Source of the DNA: an uncultured delta proteobacterium
GTDB taxonomy: Bacteria; Myxococcota_A; Polyangia; Fen-1088
Assembly (NCBI GenBank): GCA_963737265.1
Contig: CAVTRY010000011.1
Span: 384,001 to 448,000 of the forward strand
DNA: 64,000 nt
Direction: 5' to 3'
Positions within the stretch are counted from its first letter, which is position 1, and each line of letters starts with the position of its first letter. A model generated the notes under the pieces. It was not told the DNA's origin and did no database searches. It was given only the letters and a program-made list of their open reading frames with translations. The position numbers were made by a program, and so were the translations under genes. Shown here piece by piece: positions 10,745 to 21,497 of this stretch.

Positions 10745-10980
10745 GCCGCGCGAAGCGCGGGGGGCAGGGCGTGTTGGTGGGTGCCGAGTGCCGAGGGCGA
10801 AGCGAACCCTCTTAGGGTTCCCATGAGTCGCGTGGTTCGCAGCGAGCTTTGCTCGCTGTGAACCATCGCGGGAGGGTTTGGGAACCCTTTTAGGGTTCCC
10901 ATGAGTCGCGTGGTTCGCAGCGAGCTTTGCTCGCTGTGAACCATCGCGGGAGGGTTTGGGAACCCTTTTAGGGTTCCCAT
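10745..10980. repeat. Tandem array of 78-bp double-hairpin REP-like units plus an upstream GC-rich module
   Basis: Repeat period 78 (aaccct at 10805, 10883, 10961); hairpins cgcgtggttcgcagcgagc-ttt-gctcgctgtgaaccatcgcg and gggaaccct-ttt-agggttccc. Confidence 0.95.
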
Positions 10981-10985
10981 GATGA

Positions 10986-11014
10986 TTGACACCTGGGATC
11001 GGCAACGATAACTT
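10986..11014 (+). promoter_or_regulatory. Sigma70-type promoter of the bactofilin operon
   Basis: TTGACA-N17-TAACTT, followed by GAGGAGG RBS before ATG 11045. Confidence 0.6.
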
Positions 11015-11044
11015 CCGCCGTGCGCCCGCGCAGAGGAGGACCTG

Positions 11045-11401
11045 ATGGCTAGCGAAGATCCCTGTTTCATTGGCAGCAAGACCACAGTCCGGGGCCAGGT
11101 CTCCGGCAAGCAGGATGTTGTGGTCGAAGGTCGCATCGAAGGCCACATCAGCCTGGACAGCCACCTCACGGTGGAAGAATCGGGAACGGTCGAAGCCGAC
11201 GTCGAGGCGACGGTCGCGACCCTGAAGGGCGAGGTGCGTGGACCGGTGGTGGCAACGCGCTCCGCGGTTCTTCACGCCACGGCCCGCATGGCCGGCAAGG
11301 TCAAGGCGCCGTCCATCGTCATTGAGGACGGGGCGCGGTTTTCGGGTGAAATCGAGATGGATGTCGAGCTGCCGACGGACGTCGTGCCGGGCAACGCCTA
11401 G
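11045..11401 (+). CDS. Bactofilin (BacN-like)
   Basis: IGSKTTVRGQV...VEGRIEGHI...IEDGARFSGEIEM beta-helix repeats. Confidence 0.9.
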   Translation: MASEDPCFIGSKTTVRGQVSGKQDVVVEGRIEGHISLDSHLTVEESGTVEADVEATVATLKGEVRGPVVATRSAVLHATARMAGKVKAPSIVIEDGARFSGEIEMDVELPTDVVPGNA

Positions 11402-11425
11402 GCGGTCGCGCAGAGAGCGGAAATC

Positions 11426-11767
11426 ATGGCAAAGGAAAAGGAAACGAAACCCATGGCGAATACGGTCATCGGAAGCAGCATCGTTATCGACGGCGAAATC
11501 ACCGGCGAGGAGTCGCTCACCATCCTGGGCACGGTGAAGGGCAAGATTTCGACAGCCCAAAGTGTCGTCGTCGAGGCCGCCGCCACCGTCGAGGCCGACG
11601 TGGAGGCTCAAACCGTTACGGTCAGTGGCAAGGTGACGGGCAACGTGACCGCGCGCGAGAAGCTGGAGCTGCGCCCCGAGGCCAAGATGGTCGGCAACGC
11701 CAAAGCCCCGCGCATCGTGGTCGCCGACGGCGCCACCTTCAAGGGCAACGTGGACATGGACGTATAA
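11426..11767 (+). CDS. Bactofilin (BacO-like)
   Basis: MANTVIGSSIVIDGEITG...DGATFKGNVDMDV. Confidence 0.92.
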   Translation: MAKEKETKPMANTVIGSSIVIDGEITGEESLTILGTVKGKISTAQSVVVEAAATVEADVEAQTVTVSGKVTGNVTAREKLELRPEAKMVGNAKAPRIVVADGATFKGNVDMDV

Positions 11768-11776
11768 GGCTCCACC

Positions 11777-12382
11777 ATGGCTGACAAAGAAACGGTGATC
11801 GGCGTCGAAACCAGGATTTCGGGTGAAATCCGCGGCGACGAAGACCTGGTCGTCAAAGGCCGCGTCGACGGAAAGATCCATCTGTCGCAGGCGTTGACGG
11901 TAGAGAAGGGCGCCATCGTGCAGGCCGACGTGGACGTCCGCACGCTGGTCGTGGCGGGTACCTTGGTCGGCAGCATCGTGGCGTCTGAAAGCGTGCGCCT
12001 GCAGCCGACAGCGCGCGTGGTCGGCGATCTCACCTCGCCTCGCGTGATAATGGAAGCGGGCGCAGCCTACCGTGGCCGCGTCGACATGGGCGATGTCGAA
12101 GCCGCCAGAGCCGCGGTTGCCTCGCGCGCGGTCGACAGACCTGCGACGAGCAGCATCGAAGCTGCCAAGACGCGTCCCGCGCCGCCACGCGTGGCCGCGA
12201 CGCCGAGGACGGTCGCGCCCGTCGCGTCGACGACCAAGATCGCGCCGCGTTTCGTTGCGCCGCCAGCGGGGGAGCGAACCGCTGCGGCGCCAGCATCCGC
12301 GCCGCCGGCTTTCCCGCGCGCCGCGGGAGCCGCGAACAGCGCGGCGCCGGCCTGGGCCAAGAAGAAGATCCGCCGCCGATAG
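11777..12382 (+). CDS. Bactofilin with Ala/Pro-rich tail and basic C-terminus (BacP-like)
   Basis: Bactofilin domain, ~90-aa low-complexity tail ending KKKIRRR. Confidence 0.88.
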   Translation: MADKETVIGVETRISGEIRGDEDLVVKGRVDGKIHLSQALTVEKGAIVQADVDVRTLVVAGTLVGSIVASESVRLQPTARVVGDLTSPRVIMEAGAAYRGRVDMGDVEAARAAVASRAVDRPATSSIEAAKTRPAPPRVAATPRTVAPVASTTKIAPRFVAPPAGERTAAAPASAPPAFPRAAGAANSAAPAWAKKKIRRR

Positions 12383-12444
12383 TTGCATCAAAGCAGGCCG
12401 CGCGGCGTGCATCTGGTGACAATTGTGATACGGTTCGCTCGCCC

Positions 12445-13842
12445 ATGTGTGGAGTAATTGGCATTTTCGGGCACCCGGAGGCGTCTAATCTCGCCTATCT
12501 GGGACTGCATGCGCTTCAGCACCGCGGGCAGGAATCCGCTGGCATCGTTTCGAGCGACGGTCAGCACCTGCACTGGGTGCGGGAAATGGGCCACGTCAGC
12601 GAGATCTTCACCGAAGAACGCCTGCGCGATTTGCCCGGCTCGTCGGCCATCGGCCACGTGCGCTACTCGACCACCGGCGATTCCGTGCTGAAGAACGCGC
12701 AGCCCATGGCCGTCAACTACGCGCATGGCTCCATCGCCGTGGCTCACAACGGAAATCTCGTCGACGCCGCGGAGATCCGCGCCCGGCTGGAGGACGAGGG
12801 GTCGATCTTCCAGAGCACCAACGACAGCGAGATCATCCTTCACCTGCTGGCTCGTTCGCGCGAAGGCGACTTGCCTTCACGCATTGCGGATGCCCTGCGC
12901 TCGGTTCACGGCGCCTACTCGCTCGCCTTTCTGTCTGAATCGTCGATGATCGCCGTGCGCGATCCCCTTGGCATCCGGCCGCTGTCGCTCGGTCGTCACA
13001 AGAAGAACGGCTGGGTCGTGGCATCGGAAACCTGCGCTTTCGAGCTCATCGAAGCGGAATTCATTCGCGACATCGAGCCGGGCGAAATGTTGGTCGTCGA
13101 TCGGGAAGGCGCGCGCAGCTTCCATCCCTTCAAGCCCGCGGAGCCGCGCCGCTGCGTCTTCGAGTGGATCTATTTCGCGCGGCCCGATTCCACCATCGCC
13201 GGGCAGTCCGTCTATTCGGCCCGCGAAAACATGGGACGGCGACTGGCCATTGAGCATCCGGTGCCCGCCGACATCGTGGTTCCAGTGCCCGATTCGGGGA
13301 CCGCGGCGGCCATCGGCTATGCGCGCGAGAGCGGCATTCCCTTCGGCCAGGGCCTGATGCGTTCGCACTACGTCGGACGAACCTTCATCGAACCCTCGGA
13401 ATCGATTCGCCACTTCGGCGTGAAGTTGAAGCTGTCACCGGTGCGCGACGTGCTCGCCGGCAAGCGCGTGGTCGTCGTCGACGACTCCATCGTGCGCGGA
13501 ACCACCTCGGGCAAGATCATCGGCATGATTCGGTCCGCTGGCGCACGCGAGATTCACCTGCGCATCAGCTCGCCGCCCACCGTTGGTCCCTGCCACTACG
13601 GCATCGACACCCCCGATCGGGACAAGCTCATCGCCAGCTCTCACACCGTCGACGAGGTTCGCCGTTTCGTGGGCGCCGATACGCTCGGCTATCTTTCCCT
13701 CGCCGGCCTGCACGAATCGGTGGCCAAGGTGCTCACCAAGCAGGAGCATCGCGGCCTGTGCGACGGGTGCTTCTCGGATAAGTATCCCATTCCGCTGCCG
13801 GCGCCGGCTCGTGCGCGCCAACTGCGCTTGATCTCGGCGTAG
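12445..13842 (+). CDS. purF: Amidophosphoribosyltransferase
   Basis: MCGVIG N-terminal Cys, [28 protein letters not shown]. Confidence 0.97.
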   Translation: MCGVIGIFGHPEASNLAYLGLHALQHRGQESAGIVSSDGQHLHWVREMGHVSEIFTEERLRDLPGSSAIGHVRYSTTGDSVLKNAQPMAVNYAHGSIAVAHNGNLVDAAEIRARLEDEGSIFQSTNDSEIILHLLARSREGDLPSRIADALRSVHGAYSLAFLSESSMIAVRDPLGIRPLSLGRHKKNGWVVASETCAFELIEAEFIRDIEPGEMLVVDREGARSFHPFKPAEPRRCVFEWIYFARPDSTIAGQSVYSARENMGRRLAIEHPVPADIVVPVPDSGTAAAIGYARESGIPFGQGLMRSHYVGRTFIEPSESIRHFGVKLKLSPVRDVLAGKRVVVVDDSIVRGTTSGKIIGMIRSAGAREIHLRISSPPTVGPCHYGIDTPDRDKLIASSHTVDEVRRFVGADTLGYLSLAGLHESVAKVLTKQEHRGLCDGCFSDKYPIPLPAPARARQLRLISA

Positions 13843-13924
13843 GCCGCGGCGGGACGAAGCGGCTGGCGGGACGAGGTCGCTGGTGGACGACTGCCGACGA
13901 TCTCCGCGCTAGATTAGGCGCGAC

Positions 13925-15739
13925 ATGATGTCCCCGCCTTCGACCTCGCCGCCGCCGGTCGGGCTGTTTGCCCGTCTCCAGGCGAGCGTGGCGCAGTCTC
14001 GCCAGACCCTCGGGTTGGTGTGGCGATCCTCGCCCAAGGGAACGCTGGGCCTTGGCGGGCTGACCGTGCTCGCGGCGTCGCTGCCGCCACTTGTCGCCTA
14101 CGTGGGTAAGCTGATCGTGGACGCCGTGGTCGCGCGCGACCGCGCGCGGGCCGTGCATATGGTCGTCGTCGAGCTGGCGGCCGTCGGCGTGATGGCGCTG
14201 CTGGAAAGGTCGCTGGGGCTGGTCCGGCAAATCGTGGGCTCACGCCTCGGCATCGACGTCAACGTGGCCATTCTGGAAAAGGCCGCGACGCTCGAGCTCA
14301 GGCATTTCGAGGACTCGGAATTCTACGACAAGCTGTCACGCGCCCGGCGCGAGGCGTCGCTGCGTCCGCTCTCGCTCATAGAAAGCAACTTCTTGGTTCT
14401 GCGCAACGCCATGACTCTGGCGGGCTACATCGCTCTGCTGGTGCATTTCTCCGGACACATGGTGCTGGCGCTGCTCGCCGCCACCATGCCGGCGTTCATC
14501 GCCGAGGCCAAATTCTCGGGCGCAGCCTTCCGCTTGCGCAATTGGCGCTCGCCCGACACCCGCCGGCTGCAACTACCTCGAATACGTGATGGCCAACGAC
14601 GAGCACGCCAAGGAGGTGAAGCTGTTCGATCTCGGCCCGATGTTGCTTGGTCGCTATCGCGCCTTGGCCGAGCGTTTCTTTGCCGAAGATCGCCTGCTGG
14701 CCGTGAGGCGGGCGGGTGGGGCTACGCACTTTCGCTGGTGAGCACGGCCGTGTTTTACGGCTGCTATGCGCTCATCGTCGCAACCACCGTGGCCGGCCGG
14801 CTCTCGCTTGGCGACATGACTCTGTACCTCGTCGCCTTCCGTCAGGGGCAGCAGAGCTTTCAGGCCATTCTCATGGCCGCCGGCAGCATGTACGAGGACA
14901 CGCTCTACATGTCGAACCTGTTCGAATATCTCGCCATCCCGACGGAAAACCGCAAGCGCAAGACTCCCGCCGCCGTCGCGGTCGAGGAAGGAATTCGCTT
15001 CGAAGGCGTCGGATTCCAGTATCCCGGCGCCGAGCGCTGGGCCCTGCGCAATATCAATCTGTTCATCCCCAAAGGACAAAGCCTGGCTCTCGTCGGCGAA
15101 AACGGGGCCGGCAAGACGACCTTCATCAAATTGCTATCCGGCCTGTACCAGCCGAGCGAAGGCCGCATTCGCCTCGACGGCCGCGATCTGGCCGACTGGG
15201 ATCGGCAGGCGCTGCGCCGCCGCATCGGCGTCATCTTCCAGGACTTCAACCAGTACCAATTGCTCCTACGCGAAAACATCGCCTTCGGCAGCGTCGAGCA
15301 CATGCGCGACGACCTGCGCCTGGCCCGCGCCGTCGATCAAGGCGGCGCGCGCGAGATGGTGGCGAACCTCGGCGAGGGGCTTGAAACCCAGCTCGGCCGT
15401 TGGTTCAAGGGCGGCGTCGACCTTTCCGGCGGGCAGTGGCAAAAGGTGGCGCTCGCGCGCGCCTTCATGCGCGACGAGGCCGACATTCTCATCCTCGACG
15501 AACCCACCGCATCGCTCGACGTGGAGGCGGAGCATGCCGTGTTCCAGCGCTTTCGCGCCCTGGCCCATGGACGAACCACGATGCTCATCTCGCACCGCTT
15601 CCCCACCGTGCGCATGGCCGACCGAATCGTCGTGCTCGAAGGCGGCCAAGTCATCGAGGAAGGCACGCACGCCGAACTGCTGGCCGCCGGTGCTCGCTAC
15701 GCCCGCCTATTCGCCTTGCAGGCCGAAGGGTACAGGTAG
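13925..15739 (+). CDS. ABC exporter (fused TMD + NBD) with an internal frame-shifted segment
   Basis: GENGAGKTT, LSGGQWQK, ILDEPT, ISHRF; 14570-14715 is read out of frame between two compensating indels. Confidence 0.9.
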   Translation: MMSPPSTSPPPVGLFARLQASVAQSRQTLGLVWRSSPKGTLGLGGLTVLAASLPPLVAYVGKLIVDAVVARDRARAVHMVVVELAAVGVMALLERSLGLVRQIVGSRLGIDVNVAILEKAATLELRHFEDSEFYDKLSRARREASLRPLSLIESNFLVLRNAMTLAGYIALLVHFSGHMVLALLAATMPAFIAEAKFSGAAFRLRNWRSPDTRRLQLPRIRDGQRRARQGGEAVRSRPDVAWSLSRLGRAFLCRRSPAGREAGGWGYALSLVSTAVFYGCYALIVATTVAGRLSLGDMTLYLVAFRQGQQSFQAILMAAGSMYEDTLYMSNLFEYLAIPTENRKRKTPAAVAVEEGIRFEGVGFQYPGAERWALRNINLFIPKGQSLALVGENGAGKTTFIKLLSGLYQPSEGRIRLDGRDLADWDRQALRRRIGVIFQDFNQYQLLLRENIAFGSVEHMRDDLRLARAVDQGGAREMVANLGEGLETQLGRWFKGGVDLSGGQWQKVALARAFMRDEADILILDEPTASLDVEAEHAVFQRFRALAHGRTTMLISHRFPTVRMADRIVVLEGGQVIEEGTHAELLAAGARYARLFALQAEGYR

Positions 15740-15829
15740 ACACCCACATTGTCGCCATGCCGGCGCGAAAATTCGCTCGGTGCGCATCAGGCACTTGACT
15801 AGAAAGGCCGGATCCCCAATCGTTGGCAC

Positions 15830-16663
15830 ATGATTCGCTTCAGAACCTATTGGCTAGGAACCTGTGTTTTGTCCGCGGTCGCCTTCTCGTCGACGGTCGC
15901 TTGGGCGGACACCGAGGTGGCTATCGTGAATACCGTGCAAGCCTCGGCGAAGCTGATTCAGGATGTTCAGCAGACGGCAACCAACACCATGTACGGCCTG
16001 GCCGTGGGCGTCGTGCCGCCCGAGAAGCTGACCCCCGAGGGCGCGGCTTGCGCCAAGCCCGATTGCTTCGCCGCCCTTGCCAAGCGCGTGGGCGCGACGC
16101 ATGTCCTGGTCGTGCAAGGTAGCGCCGATCCATCTGGCTATCGACTGTCGCTCAACGTGCGCGATGGTGCGACCGGGCGGTCGCTCGGTACCGACGGCAA
16201 GGACTGCGAGCTGTGCGAAGAAGACCAGTTCACCCCGGCGGTCGAGGAACGGATCGGTGCCCTGTGGAACCGAGTGATGCAAGAACAGGAAGCGGCCAAT
16301 GCTGCTCCCGCGGTCGTGGTTCCGCCGGTCGAGCAGCGACCGGGCGTGGAAACGACGGTCGTGACACCATGGTGGAAACAGCGCACGCCGGTGATGGGAC
16401 TTGGTTTCATGGCCGCGGGCCTGGTGGCGGCAGGGTTTGGCGCCTACTACGTCGCCGTGGACGGCGACACCGTCACCAGCAACCGCATCAACGCAAATCC
16501 CATCATCCTGCGCGACACCGGCAAATGGGGCTGGACCTTGGTCGGCGTCGGCGTCGCTTCGCTGGCGGTCGGAACGGCGATGGTGATTTGGGGAACCGAC
16601 GACGGCACCCACGTTTCCGTGGCCGTGGGGCCAGGATCGCTCGGACTGCAAGGAAGGTTCTAA
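15830..16663 (+). CDS. Hypothetical exported protein with C-terminal TM hairpin (myxobacterial type)
   Basis: Signal peptide, C..PDC and CELC motifs, two Gly-rich TM segments, ends LGLQGRF. Confidence 0.7.
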   Translation: MIRFRTYWLGTCVLSAVAFSSTVAWADTEVAIVNTVQASAKLIQDVQQTATNTMYGLAVGVVPPEKLTPEGAACAKPDCFAALAKRVGATHVLVVQGSADPSGYRLSLNVRDGATGRSLGTDGKDCELCEEDQFTPAVEERIGALWNRVMQEQEAANAAPAVVVPPVEQRPGVETTVVTPWWKQRTPVMGLGFMAAGLVAAGFGAYYVAVDGDTVTSNRINANPIILRDTGKWGWTLVGVGVASLAVGTAMVIWGTDDGTHVSVAVGPGSLGLQGRF

Positions 16664-16666
16664 GAC

Positions 16667-18446
16667 ATGAAAGCCATGTGCAAGTTAGGGGTCGTCTTTC
16701 TTGTGGTCGCGGGCGCGGCCAGCTGCGATTCCACACGCCGCGACTTTTCCCAATGCGACCAGACCTACAACGCATGCTTGAAGGGCTTCGTCTGCGACCT
16801 CAGCCAGGGCCTGTGCGTGCTCAACAATGGCCAAGCCGATGCTGCCATCGTGTCCGTCGACGCTACCCCGATGGACACCGCAATCGTCGCTGATGCCGCC
16901 GACGCGCCCGCCGTGGAAGTGGCACAGACCGACGCCCCGCCCGCGCTGGACGTGGCGGCCGACGCGGCCGTCGACGTCGCGCAGCCTGCGGATCTGGCCG
17001 CGCCCGACCTGAGCGTGCCGGACGCCCAAGGAACCTGTTCGGTCGATAACGACTGTGTCGGCGTTGCCGGCGGCGCCTTCTGCGTGGCCGCCAAATGCGT
17101 GTCCTGCAATACCAACGGCCAATGCAACAACGACGCTGGCGTGCCGATTTGTTCGGCGCAAAACGTTTGCGTTTCCTGCGCCACGGCGGTTGTCGATGGC
17201 GGGGCAGGGTGCCCGGCCAGCGCGCCCCTTTGCGAGCCCAACTCCGGCCGCTGCGTTCTGTGCCTCCAAAACAGCGACTGCCCGACGGCCGGCAAGGCCT
17301 TCTGCGTGCAGAACCAGTGCGTAGGCTGCGACTCGGTTCCCGCAGGCACCGGCGGCACCGATGCCGGCGCCTCCAGCGACGGCGGATCGACCGACGGCGG
17401 GGCGGCGGGCACGGGCCCGTGCACCGGATCCACCCCCGTGTGCGCGACCAGCGCCAACACCACGAACGCAGCCATCGTCGGCCAGTGCGTCGGCTGCGCG
17501 AGCAACGCCGACTGTTCCGGCTCGACCCCGATCTGCAGCGCCGCCAACACCTGCACGGCCTGCACCAGCGACACCCAGTGCACCAGGCGGTCCCGGCGTG
17601 TGCATGTTCCACCAAGATGGAAGATGCGCAAGCGATGCCGAGACGATCTATGTGCAGAATCCATCTGGGTGCGCTGGAGGCGCTGGTACGGCGGCGTCGC
17701 CCTTCTGTCAATCGCAAGATGCAGTCACAGCTGTGACTGCCAACAGACGCCTCATTGTGATGAGCGGCCCGACTCTGTTCCCGATCACTTCAACGACGAC
17801 TACTTCGAGCGGCCAAATCACGATCATCGGTCAAAATGGTGCAACCACCGCCGCCGGGGCATTTGTCGGAATTCACGTTACAGCGGGGGACGCGTACATT
17901 CGTGGTCTCACGATTTCGAATGGTAGCAATACTGGCTTGGTCGTGGACGCAGGCGCCACGATTCGGATGGACCGGTGCTATGTGTTGCAAAACGTGGGCG
18001 GCTTGTTGGTGCACACCGGGGCAGGCTTCGATATTGCCAATAGCGTCTTTGCGATCAATCTGGCAGCAACCGGTGATGCTGGGGCGTACGGTGGCGTTTC
18101 CCTTGGCACTGCGGGTACGAACCTCCCGAATCGATTCTGGTACAACACCGTAGTAAACAATCAACAAATTGGTGTTTCGTGCCAGGCGACAAGTACGCAG
18201 CCTCTAAATGCCGTCCTGATCTATGGCAATATTGGAGACACGATTAGCCAGTGTTCAGTCGATTCAAACTCCGTGACGAATCATAACAGCGTCGTTGGTC
18301 CCGCTTTAGACACCAACTACCACCTCACATCGACCTCCCCATGTCGAGACAAAATTGACCTCACAATCCCGCATCCATTTGACGATATCGACGGCCAGAC
18401 TCGCCCCAGGGGACCTAAGCTCGACTGCGGCGCCGACGAATTCTAA
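16667..18446 (+). pseudogene. Cys-rich lipoprotein with C-terminal beta-helix and choice-of-anchor-Q-like end; frameshift near 17585
   Basis: Lipobox AASC, repeated CxxCxxNxDC units, second ORF ends SPCRD...DDIDGQTRPRGPKLDCGADEF. Confidence 0.75.
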
Positions 18447-18543
18447 GCCCTCGACGTTGCCCCGACGTCTGGCGCCTGGCCCAAGGACCCGTCCGTAGTC
18501 GGCCGTTCGGACGAACGACTTCTAGTAGTTCAGCACCGAGCTC

Positions 18544-20679
18544 TCAGTAATAAAGCTCGTTCTCGACCAGAACATTTCCGTCTTGTAGGAGCGTGGCCGT
18601 GTGTAGCCTTCTCGGATAGTTCATCGAACCTGTGGGAGAAAAACTTCCGCTGCTAGGGTCGTACAGCTCCGCGCTCGACCAGACCGTGTTTGAACCGGAG
18701 GTGTCGATTCCCCAGCCACCTGCCACGAGAACCTCGCCGTTCGGCAAAAGCGTCGCTGAATGCGCGGAGCGGCCCACGCTCATCGAGCCAGAGGCGGAGA
18801 AACTCCCGTTGCTCGGGTCGAAGAGTTCCGTGCTTGAGCTGTTCGCACCGCCCACGACTATTACCTTGCCGTTTGGTAAAAGGTTTGCCGTGTGATACAC
18901 CCTGCCCGCCGGCAACCAGCACCTTTCCATTTGGTAGGCGGGTGGCCGTGAAGTGCTGTCTGCTGCTGGACATATACCCTGTGGCTGTAAAGGTGCCGCT
19001 GTTCGGGTCGTACAACTCTGCGCTGGATAGGCAGACGGAATTGTCGCCGTTTAATCCACCAATGACGAGAACCTTGCCGTTTGCCAGACGAACGGCGGCA
19101 TGATTCGCCCTGGCGGTGGTCATGTTTCCTGCTGCCACGAACGAACCACTAACGGGGTCATACAATTCCGCGCTGGCCAAGTTGGTTCCCCCACTAGCTC
19201 CGCCGGTGATGAGCACCTTGCCGCTCGGTAGCAAAGTCGCCACGTGATAGTCCCTAACCGTTGACATCGCGCCCGTAGCCGTGAACGTTCCCGTGCTGGG
19301 GTCGTACAATTCTGCTCTCGAGGGTGGCGCCGATCCGTTGACGTCGCCGCCAGCGATGAGCACCTGGCCGGTCGGCAGTAATGCTGCCGCCTCTCCAAAT
19401 CTACCGACAATCGGGGTGCCGGTCAGCGTGAACACGCCCGATCCCACGGCCGTGCTCACGGTGACCGTGGCTTGCTTGGTGACGGAATCGCCGGCCAGGT
19501 TGGTCACGGTCAAGGTGTAGGTCGTGTTGGCGGTCAGGGTGCCGGTGGGGACGCCGGTGCCGCTGGCGACGGTGCCGATGCCCTGGTCGATGCTGCCGGT
19601 ACCGCCGGTGAAGGTGGCGGTCAGCTGGGTGAGGGTTCCGCAGGCGATGGTCGGCATCAGCGCGGCGAAGCTGGCGATCACCGGCAGCGGAACCACGGTG
19701 ACCGTGGCCTTGGCTGAGGCGGAAAGGCCCGCGCTGTTGATGACGGTCAGGGTGTAGGTCGTGGTCGATGACAGGGGACCGGTGCCGATGCCGTTGCCGC
19801 TGCTGATGCTGCCGATGCCGTGGTCGACGCTGGAGCCGCTGGCCCCGGCGAAGATCGCAGTCAGGGTCGCGCTGGAGCCGGCGCTGATGGTGGCCGGGCT
19901 GGCGGTGAAGCTGGTGATGGTTGGTGGCGCCGGGGGTGGGCTGTCTTGGCTGCTGAGGACGTCTTGGCCGCCGGGGCCGTCCTGACTGTCCGGGCCGCCG
20001 ACCAGCATGTCGCTGGTTCTGTCGACCGGCGTATCGGTGGGCGAATCGGCGAGTGAAGACACCTCCTTGGAGGGCACCACGTCGCCGAGAACTCCAACGT
20101 CGTTCGCCGCGACTTCGACCACGACTTCGACCGCGACGTCGACCGGCACATCGATGATGCCAACGGACACGTCGGCCGTGTTGTTCGGCGCCGCATCGAC
20201 GGGCACGTCCACGCCACCCGCGCCGACATCGCCCACGCCGAACGCACTGCCGCCATCGGCGAAGAGGCCGCTGTCGTGCCCGACGTTCGGAGCGCCGCCG
20301 TCTCCGCACGCCAGAGCGGATCTCCCGATCGTGACCTGCGCGGTGTTCTTAGCGCCGGCCGTGATTGTGACCAGGAACGGGGCAGGGGTTTCGCCCATCA
20401 CGCATCCGGTCCTGTCCAGGGTTTGCACCGTGAAGGTTATCGTTCCCGCGGGTAAGTCCGGGTATTCGAGCAGAAACGAGCCGCCACCAGTGGGCGGGAA
20501 GGCGGCGGCATAGCTTCGGCGCGTGGAGCCCGGCCCGATCAGATCGATCGCGACCGCGGGCGCCGGCGGGTTTTGCGCATCCGGCTCAGGGTAAGCGCCA
20601 GCAGCCCATAGTCCTGCTTCGAGCCACACCCGACGAACAGGGCCAGTCCGACAAACAGGGCGCACGCTAGTGAACGCAT
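18544..20679 (-). pseudogene. Lipoprotein with Ig-like Thr-rich repeats and Kelch propeller; frameshifts near 20585 and 18900
   Basis: MRSLACALFVGLALFVGC lipobox, TTYTLTV repeats, Kelch repeats (HxATLLPxGKVLIxGG...SAELYDP) split over three ORFs. Confidence 0.8.
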
Positions 20680-21290
20680 GGCACCCCCGAATCGCAGGCA
20701 GGCGATTTCGTGCCGCCGCCCCTGCTTAGCAAGACCGCGGTCACGACCCCGCCCGCGACCACGGCGCCCACACCGGTCCAGAACCACCAGCGCTGATAGA
20801 CCGGGGCCTCCGCCGGTGCTTCGGGCATCCGTGCGTCGAGCAGCATGGGCGTCGGCGATGGCGCCGGCGGGGCAGGTGGCGGGGCAGGCGCCGCAGTTGC
20901 TGGCGCCGGCATCACAATGACGGTCGGCTGCGTCGCACTGGCTGGCTTGCGCTCCAGATCCTCGATCCGCCGCTCGATCGCCTTCACGTCGTCGGGTGGC
21001 AGCGGCCCGGCCTTGCGTAGAAATTCACGAAAACGAGAGGCCGCGGAGGCGTTTTGAGCGTTCAACTCATAGCAGCGCGCCTGATTGAAGATGAGCGTCG
21101 GGTTTTTCGAATCCAGCCACAACTCCGCCAGCAGCCGTACCCCCTCGCGAAAATTCCCCGCCGCGCACTCAAGGCGCGCCTTCTTCTCCTTCTTCGCATC
21201 GAGCTCCGTCTTGTCCGCCGCGGAGGCGCTTGGGCCGGCGAGGGTCACCAGCAGCGCCGCGACAACGATCGAATGCATCGTGGACTTCAT
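20667..21290 (-). CDS. TPR-like exported protein with Pro-rich linker and TM anchor
   Basis: PTLIFNQARCYE...FREFLR, PVYQRWWFWTGVGAVV. Confidence 0.75.
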   Translation of the reverse strand: MKSTMHSIVVAALLVTLAGPSASAADKTELDAKKEKKARLECAAGNFREGVRLLAELWLDSKNPTLIFNQARCYELNAQNASAASRFREFLRKAGPLPPDDVKAIERRIEDLERKPASATQPTVIVMPAPATAAPAPPPAPPAPSPTPMLLDARMPEAPAEAPVYQRWWFWTGVGAVVAGGVVTAVLLSRGGGTKSPACDSGVPCVH

Positions 21291-21497
21291 GGTTCGCGTC
21301 TCCTCTACACCGCGCAATCTATCCGTCTTGGTCGAAAAATCGCAATCGAAGCCGTCACCTTGCACCCTCGGGACGCGCTTGAGCAAGCGACGGTAGGGGC
21401 GAAGCAGCGCCAAGGACGCGTCCCACGCAGCTCAGTCTTTGATGTTGCCGTCATTTTCACCTGACACAATCAGTAGACTTCGCAATCCCAGCAGTCG

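Noticed and set aside
10805-10980. CRISPR array
   Set aside because: The sequences between the palindromes are identical, so there are no unique spacers, and no cas genes are present
10733-12412. 559-aa and 143-aa minus-strand ORFs containing repeated HGNPKRVPKP / MGTLKGFPNPP peptides
   Set aside because: Shadow ORFs opposite the bactofilins; the peptides are just translations of the 78-bp repeat
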